A DNA stretch of 64,000 bases from a virus (Duplodnaviria > Caudoviricetes): positions 32,001-96,000 of the IMG/VR virus record IMGVR_UViG_2651870089_000025. One strand, given 5' to 3'. Under the pieces are notes generated by a model that was not told the origin of the DNA, searched no databases, and saw only the letters and a list, made by a program, of their open reading frames with translations. Made by a program: the position numbers and the translations under genes. The stretch's first letter is position 1. Each line of letters opens with the position of its first letter. This document shows positions 37,046 through 46,157 of this stretch, piece after piece.

Positions 37046-37082
37046 GTTAAGGTTGACAGTTATTCGCTGTGTAGTATAATGT
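37046..37082 (+). promoter_or_regulatory. Sigma70-type promoter, copy 1 of a 37-bp direct repeat
   Basis: GTTAAGGTTGACAGTTATTCGCTGTGTAGTATAATGT (TTGACA-16-TATAAT). Confidence 0.8.
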
Positions 37083-37104
37083 AGTTAATAATAGAGGAAT
37101 TGTA

Positions 37105-37887
37105 TTGAAACACCTAATCAGCATCACAGACGCAGATATCCCTTTATTACTAGAAAAATCACAGCAAATTGAGGCACACGGCCCTCCGCAATACCGTCAT
37201 CCTAAGGTATTATGTAATTTATTTTACGAACCTAGTACAAGAACAAGCAGTAGTTTTGCTAGTGCTATGTTTCGCATGGGAGGGCAAGTAATATCAATTA
37301 ATGATGTTAACTATAGTTCTGTTAGTAAAGGCGAAAACTTAGAGGATACTGTTAGAACTGTAGGCACTTATGCTGATGTTATTGTATTGCGTTCCAAAAT
37401 AGCAGGGGAAGCGCACAGGGCAAGTTTAGTTAGTGATGTACCAGTTATTAATGCTGGTGACGGAAACGGCGAACATCCTACGCAGACATTATTGGATCTT
37501 TATACAATATATAAACATTTCGGGCGTGTAGAAGACTTAACTGTGACATTTGTAGGTGATATTGAAAACGGTAGAACAGTTCATAGTTTAGATAAAGCAC
37601 TGACAAATTGCGAAAAGTATTTTTGCGAAACATATGATAAAAGTATATGGCCTACTAGTGATGTTTATTATCTAACAAGGGTTCAGCGCGAGCGCGGAAG
37701 CGAAGGCAGTTATAGCATGCGAAAGGAACATATACACCATATTCCGGAGACCTCTATTGTTATGCATCCATTTCCTCGCAATGAGGAGATACCAACTTGG
37801 TTTGACAGCGACCCTAGGGCAAAATACTTTGAACAAATGCATAACGGATTAATTATGAGACAAGCAATTTTAGCAGAATTTTTGTAA
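37105..37887 (+). CDS. pyrB: Aspartate carbamoyltransferase catalytic subunit (short form; auxiliary metabolic gene)
   Basis: FYEPSTRT carbamoyl-phosphate motif; SSVSKGE.LEDT; NAGDG.GEHPTQTLLDL; VGD..NGRTVHSL; TRVQRER; MHPFPR. TTG start after GAGG. Confidence 0.92.
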   Translation: MKHLISITDADIPLLLEKSQQIEAHGPPQYRHPKVLCNLFYEPSTRTSSSFASAMFRMGGQVISINDVNYSSVSKGENLEDTVRTVGTYADVIVLRSKIAGEAHRASLVSDVPVINAGDGNGEHPTQTLLDLYTIYKHFGRVEDLTVTFVGDIENGRTVHSLDKALTNCEKYFCETYDKSIWPTSDVYYLTRVQRERGSEGSYSMRKEHIHHIPETSIVMHPFPRNEEIPTWFDSDPRAKYFEQMHNGLIMRQAILAEFL

Positions 37888-37892
37888 AATTC

Positions 37893-37929
37893 GTTAAGGT
37901 TGACAATTATTCAACGTATAGTATAATGT
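37893..37929 (+). promoter_or_regulatory. Sigma70-type promoter, copy 2 of the 37-bp direct repeat
   Basis: GTTAAGGTTGACAATTATTCAACGTATAGTATAATGT, 32/37 identical to copy 1. Confidence 0.8.
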
Positions 37930-37958
37930 TTAAATAGCAATAAAACAAGGAAAAAACT

Positions 37959-39218
37959 GTGGCCGCTAAAAAGAAAGCAAAAAAACGTGTAGCAAAAAAG
38001 AATGATGGTGCGTTTGGAGCACCAGACTGGGACGACTTACAATATACTGCTGACGAGTTGCTAGATCTTGATGATGAGAAAAAATTAGAAATAAAATTGC
38101 GTGTTATGCAAGGATTAAATTTTTATAACTATCATCATTCATCTAAGGACAGCAAGCAACCACTTATTGAGTGGATGAAGAAGCAGAAGGTTGTAGATAA
38201 GAACGCAATTAACATAATTAAAGCCGCTCCGGACACACAGATAGGTATTACCGCTGGATCTGTTGCTCGTATGCTACTTAAAGGTGCGCCGCCTACGGAT
38301 AACCTTGTTGCTGGACTTAAAAAGAGGATTCGAGAAATTGTCGAATCGGTGGAGAATCCACAAAATTGGGGTGGCAGTTTAAATGATGAGCCAAAACCAA
38401 AAGCAGACAAACCAAAAACAGCACAAGTTATTTCTATTCAAGATCGTATGGTAGAGAAAGCAAATAACTTCGCTGGCGAATATATCGAGGGGGCGGTTGA
38501 CGATATGATTGCCAACGGCTTTAAGACCGATTTTAGCCTAGCAACTTTGTTACAAGTGCATGATGTATCCGGAAAAGCGGCAAATTTAATTGCACGAATG
38601 TATGACAGCGATGTAGAGGACTTGACGAAAGTGCTCGCAGGCGTCGACAATGTCGACGTCGACAAAGAGGATGAATACGAAGCACAACTGCTTGAAGGCT
38701 ACGGCCATTACACAAAATCACAACTTAAAAAACTGTTACAGTTTTACACATCTGTAATTGCGGATGCAGAACATCACGGCAATCTACAAAAAGCAACTCG
38801 TAAGGTGCGTAAGAAGAAAGCACCAAACAAAGAGAAGTTAGTTGGCAAGATCAAGTATAAACTACAGGATGAAGCATTAAAACTTGTCTCTATCGATCCA
38901 AAAGACATACTTGGTGCTAACGAATTGTGGGTTTATAACACAAAGAATCGCAAACTTGGCAAGTATGTTGCCTCTAACATTGATCCAAAGGGTATGGCTA
39001 GGGATGGCACAGGACTAAGCATTAAAGGCACTACGATTATAGGCTTTGATGAGAAGTTGAGCATACAAAAGACTTTGCGTAAGCCAGCGGACTCGCTTAA
39101 AGCATTTAAGAGTGCTGGCAAGGTTGCGTTGCGTAAGTTTATGGATGAATTGACTACTACAGATATAAAGTTAACCGGTAGGATAAACAACGAGATCATA
39201 CTTTTAAAAGTGCAATAA
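37959..39218 (+). CDS. Phage hypothetical protein (basic, early-expressed)
   Basis: 419-aa ORF with SD and promoter. C-terminus LVSIDP..ILGA.ELWVYNTKNRKLGKY...SIQKTLRKP...GRIN resembles T4-like phage hypotheticals. Confidence 0.6.
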   Translation: MAAKKKAKKRVAKKNDGAFGAPDWDDLQYTADELLDLDDEKKLEIKLRVMQGLNFYNYHHSSKDSKQPLIEWMKKQKVVDKNAINIIKAAPDTQIGITAGSVARMLLKGAPPTDNLVAGLKKRIREIVESVENPQNWGGSLNDEPKPKADKPKTAQVISIQDRMVEKANNFAGEYIEGAVDDMIANGFKTDFSLATLLQVHDVSGKAANLIARMYDSDVEDLTKVLAGVDNVDVDKEDEYEAQLLEGYGHYTKSQLKKLLQFYTSVIADAEHHGNLQKATRKVRKKKAPNKEKLVGKIKYKLQDEALKLVSIDPKDILGANELWVYNTKNRKLGKYVASNIDPKGMARDGTGLSIKGTTIIGFDEKLSIQKTLRKPADSLKAFKSAGKVALRKFMDELTTTDIKLTGRINNEIILLKVQ

Positions 39219-39244
39219 TAGGAGAATATGTACTAAATATTTTA

Positions 39245-39664
39245 GTGCATATCCTTAAAAAATTATTATTCATACTTTTATTGTTGCTTCCATTAAACAG
39301 TTTTGGTTTACAATTGTTTTATGTGGGCGCAACATGGTGTCCTGCATGCTTGGTAATAAAGAACGAGATTCTTCCTTTCTATAATGACGTAGATTTACCA
39401 ATAGTACAAATAGATATCACAACGGGTGTTATTGCTAACGAGGAATATCGTACATATTATGGCAATGGCACTATTGCTAGGTTATACGGGATTCCTGCGT
39501 TTATAATTTGGGACGAAGTTAACAAACGAGAATTAGTCAGATGGGTAGGCTATGCGTCTGAAGAACATTTTTACGATATGCTTAACCGTGCCAAAATAGT
39601 AGCAGAAAGAAATATAGAAAGATGTAGAATTTTTAACATCTGTCAGCCAAATAATATACAATAA
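39245..39664 (+). CDS. Thioredoxin-like protein with a signal peptide
   Basis: Hydrophobic N-terminus (KKLLFILLLLLP); ATWCPAC; GIPAFI cis-Pro motif. Confidence 0.7.
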   Translation: MHILKKLLFILLLLLPLNSFGLQLFYVGATWCPACLVIKNEILPFYNDVDLPIVQIDITTGVIANEEYRTYYGNGTIARLYGIPAFIIWDEVNKRELVRWVGYASEEHFYDMLNRAKIVAERNIERCRIFNICQPNNIQ

Positions 39665-40140
39665 TGTACAATGATCTTAATTTAAAAACAGTTAACTGGC
39701 TAGACATAGACATTTCAGATTGGAAGGAAACATCTAAATTAGAGTTAGTTTTTAATAAAAATAACACTATTTCTTTTAAATTTGCAGATGCTGGTAAATG
39801 GCCAACAGTAGAAATGGTTCATTATACCAACAGTGAAAACGATCATTGCACTTATATACCGGATGGTACTGCATTACAAGTAGATGCTAATTGCTGGGTG
39901 TTTGTATTTAAAGATAACAGATGGCATGCAGGTACCTGGGGTAGTTTTCATAATTCGTATACAAAGCCTTTTGTAAATTTAGGCGGACATCGCATTAAGC
40001 AAGATCCGTTAACAGATTGGTATCCTGTGGTTGGCGAGACTCTTTATTTTATGGTATCTGCATATGCAAGATTTGGCGAAAATATTAATGTAAAAGAACG
40101 CACCAATGCTGTAAAAGTGCAATGGCCTGCTTTATTATAA
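39664..40140 (+). CDS. Hypothetical protein
   Basis: 158-aa Trp-rich ORF coupled to the upstream stop (TAATG). Confidence 0.55.
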   Translation: MYNDLNLKTVNWLDIDISDWKETSKLELVFNKNNTISFKFADAGKWPTVEMVHYTNSENDHCTYIPDGTALQVDANCWVFVFKDNRWHAGTWGSFHNSYTKPFVNLGGHRIKQDPLTDWYPVVGETLYFMVSAYARFGENINVKERTNAVKVQWPALL

Positions 40141-40194
40141 CGAGTTATTAAACTACGTAGTTTTCTTCTTAAATAATACATTAAGGAGACAACT

Positions 40195-40434
40195 ATGAAA
40201 TTTGTAGATTTTACACACCTTAAAACTGTAGGCGAAACATACTGGCAACATTTCTCATGGTGTGCGTATGCTGTGGCAACTTTTATATACATGATTGTTT
40301 TGTCAGCAATTCATGGCATATTCCCTTTTCTAATCCCTAACTATCCAGATAGAGTAATGATTCGTTTCTTAGAAAAGTTTAGATCACGCAGAGTAAGAAC
40401 AGGCCAGGCAGATCGCTTACCAGAATCATCTTAG
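40195..40434 (+). CDS. Small membrane protein, DUF6356-like
   Basis: HLKTVGETYWQHF...IHGIFPF pattern; strong SD (AAGGAG). Confidence 0.6.
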   Translation: MKFVDFTHLKTVGETYWQHFSWCAYAVATFIYMIVLSAIHGIFPFLIPNYPDRVMIRFLEKFRSRRVRTGQADRLPESS

Positions 40435-40451
40435 ACTACATAAGTAGTAGT

Positions 40452-41444
40452 ATGGATAAAAATCAATACGGAACTCTTGTATTTGACGGTATTCTGTTGG
40501 ATATCGAAGAAGAAGTACCGCACTTGCTAAACTCTTTAAACAATAGTGTAGAGAATTGCATAGAAGCAATTAAAGAACTGGACGGCCAGTTTTCTTTAGT
40601 ATGGAAAACACCCAACTTCTCAATCACAGCTACTGATTTTAGTTTAACGCATTTTTTATATAATGAAAAGACTTTTGAATTGCTTGAACCTAACACTATC
40701 TATATATTTGATAATGAGTACAATGTAGTTAATAAAATGGCATTTTTTGAGGGATACAGTAGCATCTCAAGTATTACTAGTTACGAGTCCTTATACGATG
40801 CTTTTGAGAAAAATGTTTATAGGATACTAAAAAAAGATCCCAAACCGTCATTGTTTGTGTCTGATGGTATAGACAGCGGAGCAATACATTGTGCTTTTAT
40901 AAAAACAAACAAGTCAGTTGATATCTTTTCTGGGTATCAGCAAGATGCTCCGTTATTAAAAGAAGATATGATAAAAAGGAGACAAGGTATACACAGACAA
41001 TACTTTAACTCTCCGTTTCTTATTAATAAGTTTTTAAATGTTGAAACTGATGATTTTAAACAGTTTAGAAGTGCTATTGAAATTTCTCCTAGCGATCGAT
41101 TGGCGATAGTTGGATGTAATGCTGATCGGATATTTGTAAACAGTAAAGATTATGAAAATTACTGGATGCCCCAAGAAGAAATAACAATGATGCAAAATAT
41201 TAAGGATGTATTTGATGAATACAACCAAAGATACTTTGATTTTTTTGCAACAAAAAACATTGTCAAAGAATGGTTCAAGATTGCAATTGACAAGAGAAAT
41301 TTAAAATATAAAGAATGGATGATAATGTACTGTAATATGCTTAACTATCCTAATTTTGAAAATTTAAAAAACGGAAAGGAAGTTATATTAACCAATAATG
41401 TGTTTACGATAAGTACTGACGACATGCATTATTATGATAAATAG
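40452..41444 (+). CDS. Divergent asparagine-synthetase-like protein (PP-loop ATP pyrophosphatase)
   Basis: LVFDG...ELDGQFSLV resembles a GATase-II remnant; FVSDGIDSG is a PP-loop variant; VGCNADRIF resembles GxGADELF. Confidence 0.5.
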   Translation: MDKNQYGTLVFDGILLDIEEEVPHLLNSLNNSVENCIEAIKELDGQFSLVWKTPNFSITATDFSLTHFLYNEKTFELLEPNTIYIFDNEYNVVNKMAFFEGYSSISSITSYESLYDAFEKNVYRILKKDPKPSLFVSDGIDSGAIHCAFIKTNKSVDIFSGYQQDAPLLKEDMIKRRQGIHRQYFNSPFLINKFLNVETDDFKQFRSAIEISPSDRLAIVGCNADRIFVNSKDYENYWMPQEEITMMQNIKDVFDEYNQRYFDFFATKNIVKEWFKIAIDKRNLKYKEWMIMYCNMLNYPNFENLKNGKEVILTNNVFTISTDDMHYYDK

Positions 41445-41463
41445 TATATTATAGGATAACAAA

Positions 41464-42213
41464 ATGGCAAGAAAACCCACATCTGCTCGCAATGAAATTA
41501 TTAAAAACTTGCAAACACGTCTAGGCGGCGGTATGGTTGATGTTGAATTAGATCCTGAACACTATAATCTAGCAATTGATAGAGCAATTGCACGTTATAG
41601 ACAGCGATCATCAAATGCCACAGAAGAAAGTGGTATGTTTTTAACAACACAAACAGATGTTGACGAATATTACTTGCCAGCAGAAGTTTTAGAGGTCCGT
41701 AAAATTTATAGACGAGCAATCGGCAGTTCAAGTACAGGTATTGGTTTAGATCCATTTGATTTAGCATTCACTAACTTGTACATTTTACAAGCAGGTAGAG
41801 TAGGCGGTGTTGGACTATTTGATGCTTTCAGTCAGTATCAAGAAGTTGTTGGTCGTGTGTTTGGATCTGATATTAACTTTACTTGGCATCCTAATACACA
41901 TAAGTTAAATCTAATTCGTCGTATTAAAAACGAAGAAAGTATTCTTTTACATGTTTACAACGAAAAACCCGAAAATGAAATACTACGAGATCGTCGGGGT
42001 CGTTTATGGTTAGAAGATTACGCTTTGGCTACTTGTAAGATTATGCTAGGCGAAGCAAGAGGCAAATATGCTACGCTACCGGGTGCAGCCGGCGGTGTAT
42101 CGTTAAATGGTGATGCACTTAAAGCAGAAGGAAGTGCCGAGTTAGATAGACTTGAAATTGAACTGCAACGCTACGGAGACGGTAGCGAACCTCCGACATT
42201 TATCATCGGATAA
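41464..42213 (+). CDS. Neck protein, T4 gp13-like
   Basis: RLGGGMVDVELDPEHY..AIDRA; WLEDYALATCK.MLGEARGKY..LPG..GGVSLNGDALK. Late promoter GATAAATA at 41436-41443. Confidence 0.8.
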   Translation: MARKPTSARNEIIKNLQTRLGGGMVDVELDPEHYNLAIDRAIARYRQRSSNATEESGMFLTTQTDVDEYYLPAEVLEVRKIYRRAIGSSSTGIGLDPFDLAFTNLYILQAGRVGGVGLFDAFSQYQEVVGRVFGSDINFTWHPNTHKLNLIRRIKNEESILLHVYNEKPENEILRDRRGRLWLEDYALATCKIMLGEARGKYATLPGAAGGVSLNGDALKAEGSAELDRLEIELQRYGDGSEPPTFIIG

Positions 42214-42242
42214 TTGACATTTTTCTTTAAATCACGTATAAT
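42214..42242 (+). promoter_or_regulatory. Sigma70-type promoter
   Basis: TTGACA-17-TATAAT; the ATG is 6 nt downstream. Confidence 0.75.
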
Positions 42243-42248
42243 ACTTTT

Positions 42249-42920
42249 ATGATTATTGGGTTAGTGGGTTTCAAAGCGGCTGGCAAAGACACAGTCGCAA
42301 ATTATCTTATTGAAAATAGCGGCGAAAAATGGACTAGGGAAAGTTTTGCTAGTTCATTAAAAGACTCGCTTGCATCTGTATTCCAATGGGATCGTGCTAT
42401 GCTAGAAGGCGACACTGAGGAAAGCAGAGAATGGCGTGAAACAGTAGATGAATGGTGGGCAAATAAACTAGATATGCCCGACTTTACTCCACGCATTGCT
42501 TTACAAAGATGTGGCACAGACTTATGGCGCAACAAGTTTCACGATGATATATGGCTGTTAAGTGTAGAAAAGAAACTAACTACTGCTAAACACAACGTTA
42601 TTATTACAGATACACGCTTTCCCAACGAAATTAAACTTATTAAGGAGTTGGGTGGTAAAATAGTGCGTGTAAGGCGCGGACCGGAACCCGAATGGTGGAA
42701 TACAGCAGTGGCAGATAACGCAGAACGTGAAGATCCAATGCATGAACTAATGATGCCGATGGTATATCCTAATGTGCATGAATCCGAATATGCTTGGGTA
42801 GGGTGTAATGTTGATTATGTTGTTGATAATGGCGGAACATTAGAACAGTTAAGAGAGCGTGTTAAAAATCTGGAACAAGGTCCCCTTGCTTCCATGGTAT
42901 ACCGAGATCCGAAATCATGA
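42249..42920 (+). CDS. Deoxynucleoside monophosphate kinase, T4 gp1-like
   Basis: MIIGLVGFKAAGKDT P-loop; FASSLKD; TPRIALQRCGTD; IITDTRFPNE; HESE. Confidence 0.88.
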   Translation: MIIGLVGFKAAGKDTVANYLIENSGEKWTRESFASSLKDSLASVFQWDRAMLEGDTEESREWRETVDEWWANKLDMPDFTPRIALQRCGTDLWRNKFHDDIWLLSVEKKLTTAKHNVIITDTRFPNEIKLIKELGGKIVRVRRGPEPEWWNTAVADNAEREDPMHELMMPMVYPNVHESEYAWVGCNVDYVVDNGGTLEQLRERVKNLEQGPLASMVYRDPKS

Positions 42921-43215
42921 CATAACAGTTAGAGCAAACTGTTTTTAAATTCTTCCAGTTGTTGTTATTTCTATTTCCGTCTATGTGATATACATTTAAT
43001 TGTATAGGATGCTCGGCAACAAAGTTGCATCTTTCGCAGTGCTTCTTTTTCTTGTACCCACTCTTGCCCCAATTGCTATAAGGCGTGGCAGTTAACCCTC
43101 GATCGAGGCGTAAACATTTGTCGCATTTTTTGCGGTAATATGTTTTGTTATCTTTTATATAGTTAATTGCAACAGGGCGTTTTTTACAGCTACAAAGAGG
43201 TCTTTTGTTGTTCAT
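42862..43215 (-). CDS. Zn-binding HNH-like protein
   Basis: Likely start MNNKRPLC, because the longer track ORF runs through the gp18 promoter. CxC, CxxC and CERC motifs; HIDGNRNNN..NL.TVCSNC. Confidence 0.7.
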   Translation of the reverse strand: MNNKRPLCSCKKRPVAINYIKDNKTYYRKKCDKCLRLDRGLTATPYSNWGKSGYKKKKHCERCNFVAEHPIQLNVYHIDGNRNNNNWKNLKTVCSNCYVMISDLGIPWKQGDLVPDF

Positions 43216-43337
43216 ATTACTATTTAACATCGTGCCCTTTAAAGGTATTTTATTATCTGTGTTTTTTGCCCACATACAAATAAATATGTGTATATCAATT
43301 TTAGTTTTTAACACTAAAAAACATAGGGGAAAGAAGT

Positions 43338-46055
43338 ATGGCAACATTAGTTTCACCAGGCGTATCGGTTAGCGTAATCGATGAGTCTTTTTATGGTTCT
43401 GCTGGTACTGGTACTGTTCCGCTAATTATTCTTGCTACAGGCAAAGATAAGGCACATCCAAGCGGTACAGGTACAGCATCCGGCACAACTAGTAGCCTAG
43501 CAACATTAAGTTTAATTACCTCACAGAGGGAATTACTACAAACATTCGGCAATCCTTTCTTCCGTAAAGTTGGTGGTACAATGATTCACGGTGATAACCA
43601 AAACGAGTATGGCCTACTAGCCGCTCACAGTTATCTTGGTCTTGCCAACCGTGTATACGTTCTTCGTGCAGGTATTAACTTATCTGAACTAGAAGCATCA
43701 GGTACTGCGCCAACTGGCGAAGCCGTTAATGGTACATATTGGTTAGATCTAACAGCATCAAATATGGGTGTGTTTACTTATAATTTAGCAACTGCTACAT
43801 GGGTAGCAGGTACTGTTCATAAGATAAACAGCGCAGATGACTATGATGCAGGCACCGGTGCACCACTTAACAGTATAGGCTTAGACGGAGATTTTGCATG
43901 GGTAGCCGTAGCAGGCGGTAACGCACACAACAGAGTGTGGCAAAAAGTAAGTGGTGTTTGGTACCATTTAGGTACAAATACATGGGCAGCTGCATCAAGT
44001 AAAGATTTCCAATTTGCCGCGCACAATGCTGTACCAACAACACAATCTGATGGCTCAACACCATTAGCAACAGGTGATGTTTGGATTAAAACAACACAGT
44101 ATAACAATGGTACAGACTTTAAGGTAAAACTTTACAATTCTACAGCAAACACATGGACAACAATTACCAGTCCTGTATTAGCAAGCACTGATGCAGCCTG
44201 GGCAAATTATGGTACACCAGTAACAGGTAACTTGTTTGTTAAATATAACCACGAGCAAGGTTCCCATTCTTTAGAAGTTGCTTCACACCAACTTTTAAGA
44301 TTTAATGGTAGTGCAACACTAGCAGTAACAGGTAGTACAGCAAACCCAACATTGACAGGTTCGCATTCAATTGTGGTTAACGGTACAACAGTAACATATA
44401 CTGCAACATCAGATACTGCTGTTATTAGAACAGCGGCATTGATTAACTCAGCAGGCATTACAAACATTCAAGCAAGTGTTTCAAGTAACAAACTTGTTAT
44501 TACAAACACAGCAGGTAAAGATATTGTTCTTGCCGCAGGTACTGGTACAATGTTAGCAGATTTAGGTTTAACAGCAGGTACATCAAGTAACTGGGAATCA
44601 CTAAGTTACGAGCCAAACACAGTAGAACCGGCTGGTACACCAGTAGATGGTACACTATGGTACGATAGCCGTAACACAACAGTTGATTTACTAGAAACAT
44701 ATGATAACTCAGGTTCAACAGAATGGCGTACATTCTCTGGTACATTTACTGCATCTGCTTCAGCACCAACAGCGCCTTCAGCAGGTGATGTATGGTTAGA
44801 TACAGTACAGGTAGAAGCATATCCAGCATTATATAAGTACAATGGTACAACATCTGTTTGGGATGCAATTGATAATGCAGATCAAACAACAAACCAAGGT
44901 ATTGTATTTGGTAACTTCCGTGCTACAAGTGCTTCATCACTTGAGGGTTCTGACATTATTCCAAATCCATCAACATATCCTGTTGGTATTTTGGGTTGGA
45001 ACTTTATGGCATCAGGTTACGATGTTAAGAAGTATAATGCAACAGCTGCAAAATGGTATAACGAATCAGGACTGCAACTAGACGGTTCACCTTACATGGG
45101 TCGTCATGCACAAAAGAAAGTTATTACAGTTTCAATGGCAGCTGCTATTTCTGCAAGTGAAGATGTACGTGCAGAAACACGCTTCTTTAACTTAATTTCA
45201 GCTCCTGGTTTCCCAGAGTTGCTAGATGAAATGAAGACACTTAACGTTGATCGTAAGGAAACAGCATTTATTATTGGTGATTCCCCAATGCGATTAGCAT
45301 CAGATGCTACATCTATTAAGAATTGGGCATCCAATTTCAATGTAGCCGCCGAAAATGGCGAGAAAGGTCTTGTATCATCTGGCTTTGATATGGGTATTTG
45401 GTATCCGGGCGGATGTTATACAACAAACGTTACAGGCGACAATGTTGTACAACCACCATCACACATTGTATTACGTGTAATGGGTTACAACGACCAAGTA
45501 GCATTTGAATGGTTCGCTCCTGCAGGTTATAATCGCGGTCTTGTAAACAACGCAACAAGTGTTGGTTACATTGATAGCGAAGGCGAATACAATGCAGTAG
45601 TACTAAACCAAGGTCAACGTGATGTATTGTATGTTAATAAAATGAACCCAATTGCACAAATGCCTAATAGAGGCTTAGTTGTTTGGGGGCAAAAAACATT
45701 GCATACACTAACAAGTGCATTAGATCGTGTTAATGTTTCACGTTTGGTTGCTTACTTACGTAGACGTTTTGACGATATGTCACAACCGTTCTTGTTTGAG
45801 CCAAACGATGAATTTACAAGAGGACAAGTAGTAGCAGTATTTGACCAATTCTTGGGCGATATGGTTACAAAACGAGCACTATACGACTTCTTGGTACTGT
45901 GTGATACAAGTAACAACACACCAACACGTATTGACCGAAACGAATTATGGATTGACGTAGCAATTCAACCTGTAAAAGCAGTTGAATTTATCTACATTCC
46001 GGTTCGTGTGAGAAATACAGGTGAGGATCTAACAATTGCACCAACATATACATAG
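43338..46055 (+). CDS. gp18: Tail sheath protein
   Basis: MATLVSPGVSVSVIDES; WFAPAGYNRG; VVWGQKT...SALDRVNVSRL; FEPND; NNTPTRIDRNELWIDVAIQPVKAVEFIYIP. Late promoter ATAAATA at 43280-43286. Confidence 0.95.
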   Translation: MATLVSPGVSVSVIDESFYGSAGTGTVPLIILATGKDKAHPSGTGTASGTTSSLATLSLITSQRELLQTFGNPFFRKVGGTMIHGDNQNEYGLLAAHSYLGLANRVYVLRAGINLSELEASGTAPTGEAVNGTYWLDLTASNMGVFTYNLATATWVAGTVHKINSADDYDAGTGAPLNSIGLDGDFAWVAVAGGNAHNRVWQKVSGVWYHLGTNTWAAASSKDFQFAAHNAVPTTQSDGSTPLATGDVWIKTTQYNNGTDFKVKLYNSTANTWTTITSPVLASTDAAWANYGTPVTGNLFVKYNHEQGSHSLEVASHQLLRFNGSATLAVTGSTANPTLTGSHSIVVNGTTVTYTATSDTAVIRTAALINSAGITNIQASVSSNKLVITNTAGKDIVLAAGTGTMLADLGLTAGTSSNWESLSYEPNTVEPAGTPVDGTLWYDSRNTTVDLLETYDNSGSTEWRTFSGTFTASASAPTAPSAGDVWLDTVQVEAYPALYKYNGTTSVWDAIDNADQTTNQGIVFGNFRATSASSLEGSDIIPNPSTYPVGILGWNFMASGYDVKKYNATAAKWYNESGLQLDGSPYMGRHAQKKVITVSMAAAISASEDVRAETRFFNLISAPGFPELLDEMKTLNVDRKETAFIIGDSPMRLASDATSIKNWASNFNVAAENGEKGLVSSGFDMGIWYPGGCYTTNVTGDNVVQPPSHIVLRVMGYNDQVAFEWFAPAGYNRGLVNNATSVGYIDSEGEYNAVVLNQGQRDVLYVNKMNPIAQMPNRGLVVWGQKTLHTLTSALDRVNVSRLVAYLRRRFDDMSQPFLFEPNDEFTRGQVVAVFDQFLGDMVTKRALYDFLVLCDTSNNTPTRIDRNELWIDVAIQPVKAVEFIYIPVRVRNTGEDLTIAPTYT

Positions 46056-46157
46056 TGCATAGGATTTTCATAAAAACCCGAGTGAATGGGGGTCACAAGC
46101 CCCCAGTCATTCAGGGGGTAAAGTAGATAAATATTATAAGCAAGCAGGAGACGCAAA

